From NCBI GenBank assembly GCA_031373785.1, contig JANMNE010000183.1, forward strand, positions 15,729 through 79,728: a stretch of DNA of 64,000 nucleotides, given 5' to 3'. This stretch comes from Ilumatobacteraceae bacterium (GTDB lineage Bacteria; Actinomycetota; Acidimicrobiia; Acidimicrobiales; Ilumatobacteraceae). The position numbers and the translations under genes are program-made. This document shows, in pieces, positions 1 through 9,200 of the stretch; positions within the stretch are counted from its first letter, which is position 1, and each line of letters opens with the position of its first letter. The notes beneath the pieces were generated by a model, which was not told where the DNA came from, did no database searches, and worked only from the letters and a program-made list of their open reading frames with translations.

Positions 1-273
1 TTCGCGACCAACTCCAACCAGACCCAACTCGCGCCCGATGTCGTGGTGGCCAGCCAGGTCTACAAGTGGGATGTCGTGCTCAAGCAGCTGTTCGACAAGG
101 TCAACGCCGGTTCCTACGGTGGCGAGTCCTACGAGATCAACCTCGCCAATGACGGCGAAGTGATCGAGTTCAACGACGCCTACAAGCTGCCCGCCGACGT
201 CAAGGCGGCCGGCGACAAGGCGATTGCCGGAATCACCGATGGTTCGATCAAGACCGGCGTTGCCGGGAGCTGA
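1..273 (+). CDS. BMP/PnrA-family ABC transporter substrate-binding protein, C-terminal end (start lies left of window)
   Basis: Frame 1 is open from base 1 to the stop at 271-273. The tail ...YKWDVVLKQLFDKVNAGSYGGESYEINLANDG...AGDKAIAGITDGSIKTG resembles the BMP/Med family C-terminus. It lies directly upstream of a CUT2-type dual ABC ATPase. Confidence 0.5.
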   Translation, partial: FATNSNQTQLAPDVVVASQVYKWDVVLKQLFDKVNAGSYGGESYEINLANDGEVIEFNDAYKLPADVKAAGDKAIAGITDGSIKTGVAGS

Positions 274-299
274 CCGGCCGATGAGGAGATGAGCGCGCC

Positions 300-1859
300 A
301 TGGCGATGACATCGAGGGTCGCAATCGATGAGACCACACCGATGTTGCAGATGCGCGGGATCGACAAGCGATTCCCCGGTGTCATCGCCAACGACAACGT
401 CGATTTCGACGTCAGGGCCGCCGAGGTTCATGCCCTTCTCGGCGAGAACGGCGCCGGCAAGAGCACGTTGATGAAGATCCTGTTCGGCCTGTACCGCCCC
501 GACAGTGGTGAGGTGTTGCTCCACGGCAAACCGCTGCGGCTGCGCTCGCCTCACGACGCGATCAAGGCGGGAGTGGGCATGATCCACCAGCACTTCATGC
601 TCGTGCCCACGCTGACCGTCACCGAGAACGTCGCGCTCGGTTTGGGTCGCAACCCGTTCGCCGGAGTCGACCTGACGGGCGTTGCCCGGCGCATCACGGA
701 GTTGAGCGACACGTATCACCTTGGCATCGACCCCGAAGCCAAGTGCTGGCAACTCGCAGTCGGTGAGCGCCAACGCGTCGAGATCTTGAAGGTGCTGTAT
801 CGGGAGGCTCGACTGCTGGTGCTCGACGAACCGACTGCGGTGCTGACGCCCGGCGAAGTTGACGAGTTGCTCGGCACGCTCCGCCGGATTGCCGACGACG
901 GCTGCGGCCTGATCTTCATCAGTCACAAGCTGCGCGAGGCCATGGACTTCGCAGACCGGATCACGGTGATGCGTGACGGCGCGGTGACCGGCGAGGTTCT
1001 CCCGGCCGAGACGAGTCTCGATCAACTGGCGCAGCTCATGGTCGGGCGCCCGGTGAAGCTGATACCCGACAAGGCGCCGAGTGTTCCCGGCCCTGCGGTG
1101 CTCGCCGTTTCCGACCTGACCGTCGCGGGCGACCGTCGGCACGTGGCAGTCGACGCGGTCACGTTCGAGGTGCGTGCCGGTGAGGTGGTGGGGATCGCCG
1201 GCGTGTCCGGCAATGGTCAGCGCGAGCTCGCCGACGCGATCGCCGGGTTGCGGCCTGTCGTGTCGGGAACCGTACGGATCAACGGAGTCGAGACGACGAA
1301 CAACTCGCCACGAGATTCGCGAGCCGCCGGTCTGGCCTATGTGCCCGAGGAGCGGATGCGCGAAGGCGCGATCGGAGACTTCAGCGTGTGGGAGAACCTC
1401 ATCTTGTTGAACCACACCGGATCACCGAACGCGTCGCGCGGGTTCCTGCAGATGCGAGCCATTCGCGAACAGGCCCAGAAGCTGGTGTCGTCATATGTGG
1501 TCAAGACTCCCAGTCTCGACACGCCGGTTCGGTCGTTGTCGGGCGGCAACATCCAGAAGATGATCATGGCCCGCGAGATGTCGGCGGCCGCCGCCGTGCT
1601 GGTGGTCTCGCAGCCCACACGTGGCGTCGACATCGGCGCAGCCGAGTACATCCACGCCCGGTTGATCGATGCACGCGCGGCCGGCGTGGGGATTCTGCTC
1701 ATCTCCGGGGAGCTCGAAGAAGTCCTTGGGATGAGCGATCGCATCGGCGTGATGTTCGAGGGTCGCCTCGTGGCGATGCTCGAGCGCAATGACTGCACAG
1801 CGGAGCGGCTCGGCCTCCTGATGGCCGGCGAAACCGAAACGGATCGGAGAGCAGGATGA
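300..1859 (+). CDS. ABC transporter ATP-binding protein with two fused ATPase domains (sugar/nucleoside CUT2 type)
   Basis: 519 aa. Walker A GENGAGKST, Walker B LLVLDEPT, a second domain with signature LSGGNIQK and Walker B-like VLVVSQPTRGVD. Its stop overlaps the next start (ATGA at 1856-1859). Confidence 0.9.
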   Translation: MAMTSRVAIDETTPMLQMRGIDKRFPGVIANDNVDFDVRAAEVHALLGENGAGKSTLMKILFGLYRPDSGEVLLHGKPLRLRSPHDAIKAGVGMIHQHFMLVPTLTVTENVALGLGRNPFAGVDLTGVARRITELSDTYHLGIDPEAKCWQLAVGERQRVEILKVLYREARLLVLDEPTAVLTPGEVDELLGTLRRIADDGCGLIFISHKLREAMDFADRITVMRDGAVTGEVLPAETSLDQLAQLMVGRPVKLIPDKAPSVPGPAVLAVSDLTVAGDRRHVAVDAVTFEVRAGEVVGIAGVSGNGQRELADAIAGLRPVVSGTVRINGVETTNNSPRDSRAAGLAYVPEERMREGAIGDFSVWENLILLNHTGSPNASRGFLQMRAIREQAQKLVSSYVVKTPSLDTPVRSLSGGNIQKMIMAREMSAAAAVLVVSQPTRGVDIGAAEYIHARLIDARAAGVGILLISGELEEVLGMSDRIGVMFEGRLVAMLERNDCTAERLGLLMAGETETDRRAG

Positions 1860-2980
1860 CGATGAATTTGGAACCCGGTACGAAAGGGCTGCACGCGTTG
1901 TACGGTCGCAGCCTGCTGACGACGCACGACTGGTCGACAGACGATCTGGATGCTCTTCTCGCTGTCGCGTCTCGGCTCGAGGCTCTCGATCGTGCCGGTA
2001 CCCGCGTCGATGTGCTTCGCGGTCAACTCGCCTACGCGATGTTCTTCGACAACTCCACGCGGACGAAGTCGGCGTGGGCGGGGGCCGCGGCCCGACTCGG
2101 GATGCACCCGGTGATCGTCGACGGTTCCTCGACTCAGGTGTCGCACGGGGAGACGGCCGAGGAGACCGGCGCCATGCTCGGGATGAATGTTCACGCACTC
2201 GGTGTACGTCACGACCTCATCCTCGGCGAGGGCAATGCGTTCATGCGCGATGTGCAGCGGGGGATCGACGGCTACCTCGCAGCCACCGATGATTCGCGGG
2301 TCGTGCCGATCGTCAACCTGCAGTGCGACGTCGATCATCCGACCCAGTCGCTGGCCGATCTGCTGTGGTTGCGCGAGCACTTTGGCGGCTCCGTCGCCGG
2401 CAGGCGGATCACTGTGTCGTGGGCCTACTCGCCGAGCTATGCCAAGCCGCTGTCGGTGCCGCAAGGCGTCGTGTCGCTTCTGACCCGGTTCGGCGCACAC
2501 GTCACGCTGGCCCACCCGCCCGGCTACGAGTTGCTCGCCGAACCAATGGCCTGGGCTGCCGAGGGCGCTGCCGAGTCGGGAGGCTCGTTGCGGGTCACCG
2601 ATGACATGGACGACGCGTTCGCCGGCGCGCAGGCCGTGTACCCCAAGTCGTGGGGGCCGCAGGTGCTGATGCGCGAGCGCGTCGCGGCCAATCGTCAAGG
2701 TGACCGGGACGCCATGCACGACATCGAACAGCGAGCGTTGGCCCACAACGCCGAGTTTCGGTCGTGGATCTGCGACGAGCGGCGGATGGCACTTACCGAC
2801 GACGCGCTCTATCTGCATTGCCTGCCGGCCGACATCGGTGCAGAGGTCAGCTCAGGTGTGATGGAACAGTTCCGCGTGGCTGTGGCCCGCGAGGCGAACA
2901 AGAAGGTGTACGTGGTCATGGCCCTGCTCGCCGCGGCAAAGGTCCCCGATCTCAGCGCGGTACTCAACGGAGGTGTTTGA
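1856..2980 (+). CDS. ygeW: YgeW-type (knotted) carbamoyltransferase
   Basis: 374 aa. Carbamoyl-phosphate motif FFDNSTRTK, VNLQCDVDHPTQSLADLLWLREHFG, WAYSPSYAKPLSVPQG, VYPKSWGP and LYLHCLPAD. It is collinear with E. coli YgeW as I recall it, rather than ArgF/PyrB. Confidence 0.8.
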   Translation: MTMNLEPGTKGLHALYGRSLLTTHDWSTDDLDALLAVASRLEALDRAGTRVDVLRGQLAYAMFFDNSTRTKSAWAGAAARLGMHPVIVDGSSTQVSHGETAEETGAMLGMNVHALGVRHDLILGEGNAFMRDVQRGIDGYLAATDDSRVVPIVNLQCDVDHPTQSLADLLWLREHFGGSVAGRRITVSWAYSPSYAKPLSVPQGVVSLLTRFGAHVTLAHPPGYELLAEPMAWAAEGAAESGGSLRVTDDMDDAFAGAQAVYPKSWGPQVLMRERVAANRQGDRDAMHDIEQRALAHNAEFRSWICDERRMALTDDALYLHCLPADIGAEVSSGVMEQFRVAVAREANKKVYVVMALLAAAKVPDLSAVLNGGV

Positions 2981-2981
2981 A

Positions 2982-4568
2982 ATGCCCAAAGTCTCAGAAC
3001 AACTGGACCTGTCGAAACTCGATCAGAGGGTCGCCGAGCTGGCAGAGCGGTATCGCCCGCTCGCTGTCGCAATTCTGCGCGAGGCCATCCGCATACCGGC
3101 CGACGACGTCGACCGGGCAGCGGATGACGGCGGCGACCCGCGCTCGGGCCTCTCGAACCACGAGAGTCGCCGGCTGCATTTCCTCCGCGACACGATCGTC
3201 GATATCGACGCAGTTCGCCACGCCGACGACGTCGGGTTCGACGAGTACGGCAACCTCGTCTGGGTCGTGCGCGATCCATTCGATGGCGTTCCACCGGAAC
3301 ACCAGAAGATCATCTACTTCGACGGTCACACCGACACCGTGCAGGCTCTGCGGACCCAATGGCACGACAAGCTGGGCCACGCTGTCGACCCCTACGACGG
3401 GTTGATCGATGCCGCTGCGCTCACTCCATCAGCGCTGCGCGAACAACTCGGCTACGTCCCGCCCGACGACGAGTGGGAGCACCTCGTGTTCGGTCGCGGT
3501 TCGGCCGATCAGCTGGCCGGTGTCGTCGCCCAGATCGTCTCCACCAAGATCCTGCTGGAGCTGGTGGATGAGGGCGCGTTGCACGGGGTGATCGTGCGGT
3601 CCTATGGCACGGCCGCCGAAGAGGACAACGACGGGGGTGGCCCGCGCCACGTCGTCGCCAAGATCTGGCCCGGAGCTGGTGCCGACATGATCCCCGACGT
3701 CGTGATCTTGACCGAGGGCACCGGTGACGCGATCAAGGGAGCGCTCGGCATCTACCGCGGCCAACGCGGACGGATGCAGATCGAAGTCACGGTCGTCGGA
3801 CGCTCGTGCCACGGCTCGATGCCCTTCGAAGGCCTCAACCCGCTCGAACACGGCGGTGCCATCCTTGCCGAAGCAGCCCAACGACACGCGGCCGGAGAGG
3901 GCTTCGTCGACCATCCGTTCCTCGGTCGAGGCACCCGAACGGCGTCGTGGTCGACGCTCGACACCCCCAGCGACTGCGCGGTTCCGGACCGCTTCACGTT
4001 CCGGTTCGATCGACGCCTCACACTGGGAGAGATGCCCGAACAATCGCTGGCCGACATCGAATCGCTCGACGCAGTGGCGGCCGCACGCGCTGCCGGCTTG
4101 ACCGTCACCATCGACGTGCCCCGCTACACCCAGCCGACGTGGCGCGACTACCCCGTCGACAACGCCCAGATCTACCCGGGCTGGGTCACGCCCGCTGAGC
4201 ATCCATCGATACGGGCAGCCGTTGACGCCTACCGTCGCGTCGTCACTCCCCATGTCGTCGAACCCGTCGGCGGGGCAACGGCCGGCGCATTGCGTGCCGA
4301 ACCCCGGGTCGACAAATGGATCTTCTCGACTGACGGCGTCGGCTTCCCGATCCCCGTTGACGACGCCACCATCGTTGTTGGCCCCGACAAGGGCTGGGTT
4401 GTATCCGGGCCTGTCAAGCACCCGGCGATGTTCGGCATCGGCGCCGGCATCGAGCAGAACACCCATCGCATCGGCGAGTGCGTCGACGCCCGCGAGTTGC
4501 AGCACGCCATTGCCGTGCTCGCCCGATTTCCTCGTTCGTTCGTGGACCTCACCACCGCTGGTTCGTGA
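2982..4568 (+). CDS. M20-family metallohydrolase (YgeY-like, longer than the E. coli protein)
   Basis: GGAGG lies 8 nt before ATG 2982, whereas the ORF-track start 2973 is a GTG inside the ygeW stop region. Motifs FDGHTDTV and GRGSADQLAG are typical of M20 peptidases/deacylases. Stop overlaps the carbamate kinase start. Confidence 0.65.
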   Translation: MPKVSEQLDLSKLDQRVAELAERYRPLAVAILREAIRIPADDVDRAADDGGDPRSGLSNHESRRLHFLRDTIVDIDAVRHADDVGFDEYGNLVWVVRDPFDGVPPEHQKIIYFDGHTDTVQALRTQWHDKLGHAVDPYDGLIDAAALTPSALREQLGYVPPDDEWEHLVFGRGSADQLAGVVAQIVSTKILLELVDEGALHGVIVRSYGTAAEEDNDGGGPRHVVAKIWPGAGADMIPDVVILTEGTGDAIKGALGIYRGQRGRMQIEVTVVGRSCHGSMPFEGLNPLEHGGAILAEAAQRHAAGEGFVDHPFLGRGTRTASWSTLDTPSDCAVPDRFTFRFDRRLTLGEMPEQSLADIESLDAVAAARAAGLTVTIDVPRYTQPTWRDYPVDNAQIYPGWVTPAEHPSIRAAVDAYRRVVTPHVVEPVGGATAGALRAEPRVDKWIFSTDGVGFPIPVDDATIVVGPDKGWVVSGPVKHPAMFGIGAGIEQNTHRIGECVDARELQHAIAVLARFPRSFVDLTTAGS

Positions 4569-5506
4569 TGCGAGTCGTCGTTGCACTGGGTGGCAATGCC
4601 TTGCTCAGGCGCGGCCAAAAGCCCGACAACGATGTGCAGGAGGCCAATGTTGCGGTGTCGGTCAGGGCGCTTGCCCCGCTCGCTCACGACCACGAGTTGG
4701 TGGTCACCCACGGCAACGGTCCGCAGGTCGGTGTGCTGGCCCTGGAGAGTGCGTTGGATCCCAACTTGACGAGGTCGTACCCGTTCGATGTGCTCGGAGC
4801 GCAGACCCAGGGGATGATTGGATACTGGTTGTTGCAGGCGCTGCAGAACGAACTCCCCGGCCGCCAGATCGCGGCGATCATCAACCAAACGCTGGTTTCG
4901 GCCGCTGATCCCGCCTTTGCCGATCCGACGAAGTTCATCGGTGAGATCTACGACGAGGCCCGGGCGCGGGTCCTCGCAAGCGAGCGCGGCTGGACGGTCA
5001 AACCCGACGGTCCGCATTGGCGACGGGTCGTCGCCTCGCCCGAGCCGCAACGGGTGGTCGAGACCCGCTTGATCCGCTTGATGCTCGCCAATGGGGCGGT
5101 CGTCGTCTGTGCCGGCGGCGGCGGGGTGCCGGTGGTGCGCAACAAGCTTGGTCGTCTCGAGGGCGTCGAGGCCGTCGTCGACAAGGACCGCACCGCTCTC
5201 GTCCTTGCCGAGGCGCTCGACGCCGATGCCCTGCTGATCCTCACCGATGTGGCCAATGTGTTTCGCAACTTCGGGACGCCGCAGCAGGAGGCGATCACCC
5301 GCTCGACGCCCGACGCCATGCGCGATGACGAGTTTCCCGCCGGATCCATGGGGCCCAAGGTCGAGGCCGCCTGTCGGTTCGTCGAGGTCACCGGTGGAGT
5401 GGCCGGCATCGGCCGCCTCGAAGATGCCGTCGCCATCTTGGCGGGCACCGCCGGAACCATCCTCACGCCCACCGGTGAGTACGAACCGCCGGGTGTTTCG
5501 AATTGA
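4568..5506 (+). CDS. arcC: carbamate kinase
   Basis: The internal ATG at 4568 (TGATG overlap with the upstream stop) gives MRVVVALGGNALLRRGQ..., THGNGPQVG, VVCAGGGGVPV and LILTDV. These are classic carbamate kinase motifs. The 30-aa N-terminal extension in the ORF track overlaps the M20 gene and is rejected. Confidence 0.85.
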   Translation: MRVVVALGGNALLRRGQKPDNDVQEANVAVSVRALAPLAHDHELVVTHGNGPQVGVLALESALDPNLTRSYPFDVLGAQTQGMIGYWLLQALQNELPGRQIAAIINQTLVSAADPAFADPTKFIGEIYDEARARVLASERGWTVKPDGPHWRRVVASPEPQRVVETRLIRLMLANGAVVVCAGGGGVPVVRNKLGRLEGVEAVVDKDRTALVLAEALDADALLILTDVANVFRNFGTPQQEAITRSTPDAMRDDEFPAGSMGPKVEAACRFVEVTGGVAGIGRLEDAVAILAGTAGTILTPTGEYEPPGVSN

Positions 5507-5880
5507 TGACCCTTCGATCTTGGTGCGGGTGTAGTCGAGTGCTGCGGCCAGACCGCCTTTTCGACCATGGCCGGACATGCCGTATCCGCCGAAGGGGGGC
5601 GATCGGGGAGACCGCGCGATAGGTGTTGACCCACACGACCCCTGCCGTGATGCGCTTGATCATGCGGTGAGCACGCGTGAGGTTCTGAGCGAAGACACCT
5701 GCGGCGAGTGCGAACGGGGTGCCGTTGGCGAGTTCGAGCTCCTCGGTGTCGAACGACTCCACAGTGAGCGCCGGTCCCAACAGTTCGGTGGTGGTGGCCG
5801 GTGCCGCGACGTGGTCGCAATCGAGGATCGTCGGTGGGAAGTACAAGCCGGGACGGTCCGCTGCTCGACCGACTCAACAG
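5507..5880 (-). pseudogene. aldehyde dehydrogenase C-terminal fragment, 5'-truncated and frameshifted
   Basis: The minus strand reads ...ADRPGLYFPPTILDCD...ELLGPALTVESFDTEELELANGTPFALAAGVFAQNLTRAHRMIKRITAGVVWVNTYRAVSPIAP. It then continues in another frame as FGGYGMSGHGRKGGLAAALDYTRTK. The frame break is at the G6/C6 homopolymer near 5594-5599. There is an in-frame stop about 11 codons upstream of YFPPT and no N-terminal two-thirds of the enzyme. Confidence 0.6.
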
Positions 5881-6076
5881 TCGTATGTCACGGCTGCGGG
5901 TGATGACGCCGGGCACTGCGAATCGAACCGTGTCCGGTCCCGCTCGACTGCGCGAGATCTTCAACTCGATCGAGTGCCACGACCCCGAGGGCGCCGCAGC
6001 CGCCTGTCGTCAGCACATCGCCGAGGCGGCGAGAATCGCCGAGAAGATCCTGACGAGCGATCCGGCAACGGTGTAA
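5861..6076 (+). pseudogene. GntR/FadR-family regulator fragment (C-terminal FCD-domain end only)
   Basis: ...ARLREIFNSIECHDPEGAAAACRQHIAEAARIAEKIL matches the last helices of FCD domains (xH..I..AI...D...A......HI). No winged-helix N-terminus is present upstream. Confidence 0.4.
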
Positions 6077-6092
6077 CTACGTTTCTTGCGTT

Positions 6093-6147
6093 GGGGCTTG
6101 GCCATGGCATGGAAGGGGTCAGGGGTTCAATTCCCCTCAGCTCCACG
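6093..6147 (+). other. tRNA-Ala/tmRNA-like 3' fragment (T-arm plus acceptor 3' strand), not a complete tRNA
   Basis: T-stem AGGGG (6121-6125) / CCCCT (6133-6137) flanks the loop TTCAATT. It is followed by CAGCTCC + A (6138-6145), the acceptor end seen in tRNA-Ala and ssrA. GGGGCTT at 6093-6099 could pair with it (including G3:U70), but only 21 nt lie between, so there are no D or anticodon arms. Confidence 0.35.
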
Positions 6148-6198
6148 TATGACCTGGTCAAAATCAATATCGACGCTCGAACGTACCAGTGAAATCAG

Positions 6199-6219
6199 TC
6201 CCGTCGTTCTGAGACGGGA
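6199..6219 (-). terminator. hairpin downstream of the giant repeat-protein gene
   Basis: TCCCGTC-gttctga-GACGGGA forms a perfect 7-bp stem about 40 nt past the stop at 6256. On the minus-strand RNA it is followed by CUGAUUUCAC. Confidence 0.45.
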
Positions 6220-6255
6220 TCGCACCGACCTAGGGCCCGAGCCAAGATCGTGAGG

Positions 6256-9200
6256 TCAGCGGAGCCCGATATTGACGTAGTAGGTAGATCCGTCGTCGAG
6301 TCGGACGCCGATGCGCCAGTAGAAGCCAGCGGCAGACTTGTCGGTGCCCCAGTTGTAGATGTACTGAGTGGTCCCGTCCGCTCGGTACGTGTCTCCACCC
6401 GTCGATGCCACGCTGTACAGCGTCTCGTCGACGGCGGCGGACGTTGCCGCTCCCTTGCTTGGGGTCAGCCACTGTGGAGCTGTGACGGTCTGGACCACGG
6501 TTCCGTCGGCTCGGCGCAGCTGGAACTTCACCGGCACGGTGCTTCCTGCCTTGAAGATGCTTGTGCTCGTGCCGATCTGGTGGGCGGTGTCGTTGATGGG
6601 TTGTAGGAACCCGTCGAACCGGTAACCGATCCGGAAGTTGACCGTGCTCGTCGTGGTATTGCCGGCCCGGTCGGTCACCGTTGCGCTGTAGCTGAACTGG
6701 CCGACTGCATTGGCATTGCCTCCGGTGAGAGTGCCGGCGCAGGGTTGCGCCACGCCAGACAGCGCGTCTGACGCTGTGCAGGAAGGTGTGGGCGCTGTGC
6801 CCAGCGTGTAGGTCGCTCCATTCGTGACGCCCTGGAACGTGATGCTCGGCGCCGTGTGGTCGAGGTTCAGGCCCGTCACCGTGGTCGACGTGTGGTTACC
6901 CGCGTTGTCGGTCGCGGTGCCGCTGACGGATTGGTTTGCGCCATCGCCGCTCAGCCTTACGTCTACCGGGCATGACGCGATGCCCGACAAGCCCGATTGG
7001 TCCGCGCACGTGAAGTGCACCGTGATCGGTCCTCGGTACCAGCCGTTGCCGTTCGGCACAGTGGTCGCCGCGCCGGTGATCGTGGGTGGCGTGGTGTCAA
7101 CCAGGACCAGCACTGTCTTCGCCGTTTCGGGGTTGCCGGCGTTGTCGGTGCTCCAGTAGGCGACGGTGTGGCTGCCTTGGCCGATGGTGACCGATGAGCC
7201 GCTGCCTGTGGTACCACCGTCGATCTTGAAGTTCGTGTGATGCGGGCCGGACAGGTTGTCGGTGACACTGAAGTGCACGGTCACCGCGGAGTTGTGCCAA
7301 CCGCTGGACACGTCGTTTGTGGTCACGGGGGCGTTCCGGTCGACGTGGATGTTGCCGACAGTTGCGCTGGCCGCGTTCCCAGCGAGGTCGTGGACCGTGG
7401 CGGTCGCCGACAGTGCGGCACCCTCACCCGCGATGGTGGTGTCGGTTGGGCACGGTCCATCGATTCCGGACAGGTCGTCGCCGCATGTCCAATGGATGAC
7501 GACGTCACCGGAGTACCAACCTTCGCCGTTCGGCGACGTGGTCGCTGCGCCGGAGATCGTGGGAACACCCGTGTCGACGTTGAGACCCGACACTGTCGAG
7601 CTCGAGGTGTTGCCAGCGGCGTCTGTCGCGTGCCCATCGACCTGCTGCCCAGCGCCGTCGGTGACCGTAACCGGAGCCGTCGAGCAAGCTGCAACACCGG
7701 ACAGTGCATCGGTGCAGGAGAAGGCGATTCCGATTGGGGCGTGGTACCAGTCGTTGCCATTCGGCGCGGCGCGTCCGGGTGCCTCGCTGATAGTCGGCGC
7801 AGTACGGTCGATGTTCAGGATTGCCGTGTCGATTGCAGAGTTACCTGCATTGTCCTCAGCAGTGCCATGGAGCTCGAGGTTCTGACCTTCACCCACCGCA
7901 GTTTGCGGCGATGTACAAGCGGCAAGACCGGCTCCGCCGGCGTCGGCGCAGGAGAAGGTCACGGTGACGTCACCGTTGTTCCAGCCGTTGGCGTTGGCCG
8001 CAGGAGACTGCGTGTGGCTGATGGTCGGCGCTGTCTCGTCGATCCGGACGGAGATGATTTGGTGAGGCTCCTCGTTGCCCGCTGCATCGATACTCCAATA
8101 GGCCAGAGTGTGGTCACCTTGGGTATTGATCTCGACCGATGTTCCGTCCTGCGCGGCGGCACTGTCGAGCGAGTACTGCGTGGCGGCCACGCCTGCCAGG
8201 CCGTCGGACGAATCGAGTGAGACAGTGACGGCGTGGTTGACCCAGCCGCCCGGCGCCGAGGCGGTGGTCACTGGTGCTGTGCGGTCGATCCGCACGGCCG
8301 GGGCGCTGTTCGCACCGGTCGTGTTGCCGGCTGCGTCGGTGACCGATGCTGCTGCGACAAAGTTCTGGCCTTCACCGGAGATTGTGCTATCGGCTGGACA
8401 CGTGGTGCCCGATAGATCATCCGCGCACGTCCAGTGGACGTCGACGTCGGAGTTGTACCAACCGTTGCCGTTCGGCAGAGTGATCGGCGTTCCGCTGAGC
8501 GACGGCGCTGTCATGTCGACGTTGACGCCGCTGACACCGGCGGTGGCGGCATTGCCGGCCACGTCGTGTCCAGTTGCGGAGGCGGATTGTGCAGCGCCCT
8601 CACCGAGCGTCTGTGGTGCCGGGCAATCGGCGATGCCGGAGAGGTCGTCGGTGCATTGGAAGTTGACGTTCAGCGAGGCGTTGTACCAGCCGTTTCCGTT
8701 GGCAGCCCGATCCGCGCTTGCGGTCACGGTTGGCGGTGTCTTGTCGAGCTTCACGGTGACGTCGTCGCTGGCTTGGTTGCCCGCATTGTCGACTGCCGTC
8801 CCGGTCAGCAACGTGCCGGCTGTTTCAGCGACGATGGGGCTCGGTGCGGTACACGATGCGATGCCGGAGAGTGAATCGGCGCAGACGAACCCAACTGTCA
8901 CGTCGCTGTTGTTCCATCCAGCCCCGTTCGGTGCAGGTGTTTGGATGTGGCCGATCGTCGGTGTCGTCTTGTCGACACGCACGACCACGGTCTGAGCAAT
9001 CTCCACGTTGGACGCAACGTCGACGCTCCAGAACCGTACGTTGTGTACGCCCTCGCCGATGATGACGTCGGCGTCGGCGACCGGTAACTCGCCGTCCACC
9101 TCGATGTAGCTGTGGACGACACCGGAGAGATTGTCACCAGCAACAACGTGCACGGTGACATCCGTGAGGCTCCATCCTGACGGAGCGGACCATGACGAGA

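Noticed and set aside
180-2818. Minus-strand ORFs 180-1415 (411 aa) and 1337-2818 (493 aa) opposite the ABC ATPase and ygeW.
   Set aside because: They are antisense to genes with Walker and STRTK motifs. Their products have Arg/Pro/Gly-rich composition.
6077-6160. A complete tRNA gene (the minus-strand translation shows the tell-tale GIEPLT pattern).
   Set aside because: Only a T-arm and an acceptor 3' strand are present. No 5' acceptor strand lies at tRNA distance, and there is no D-arm or anticodon arm. It is kept only as a 3' fragment.
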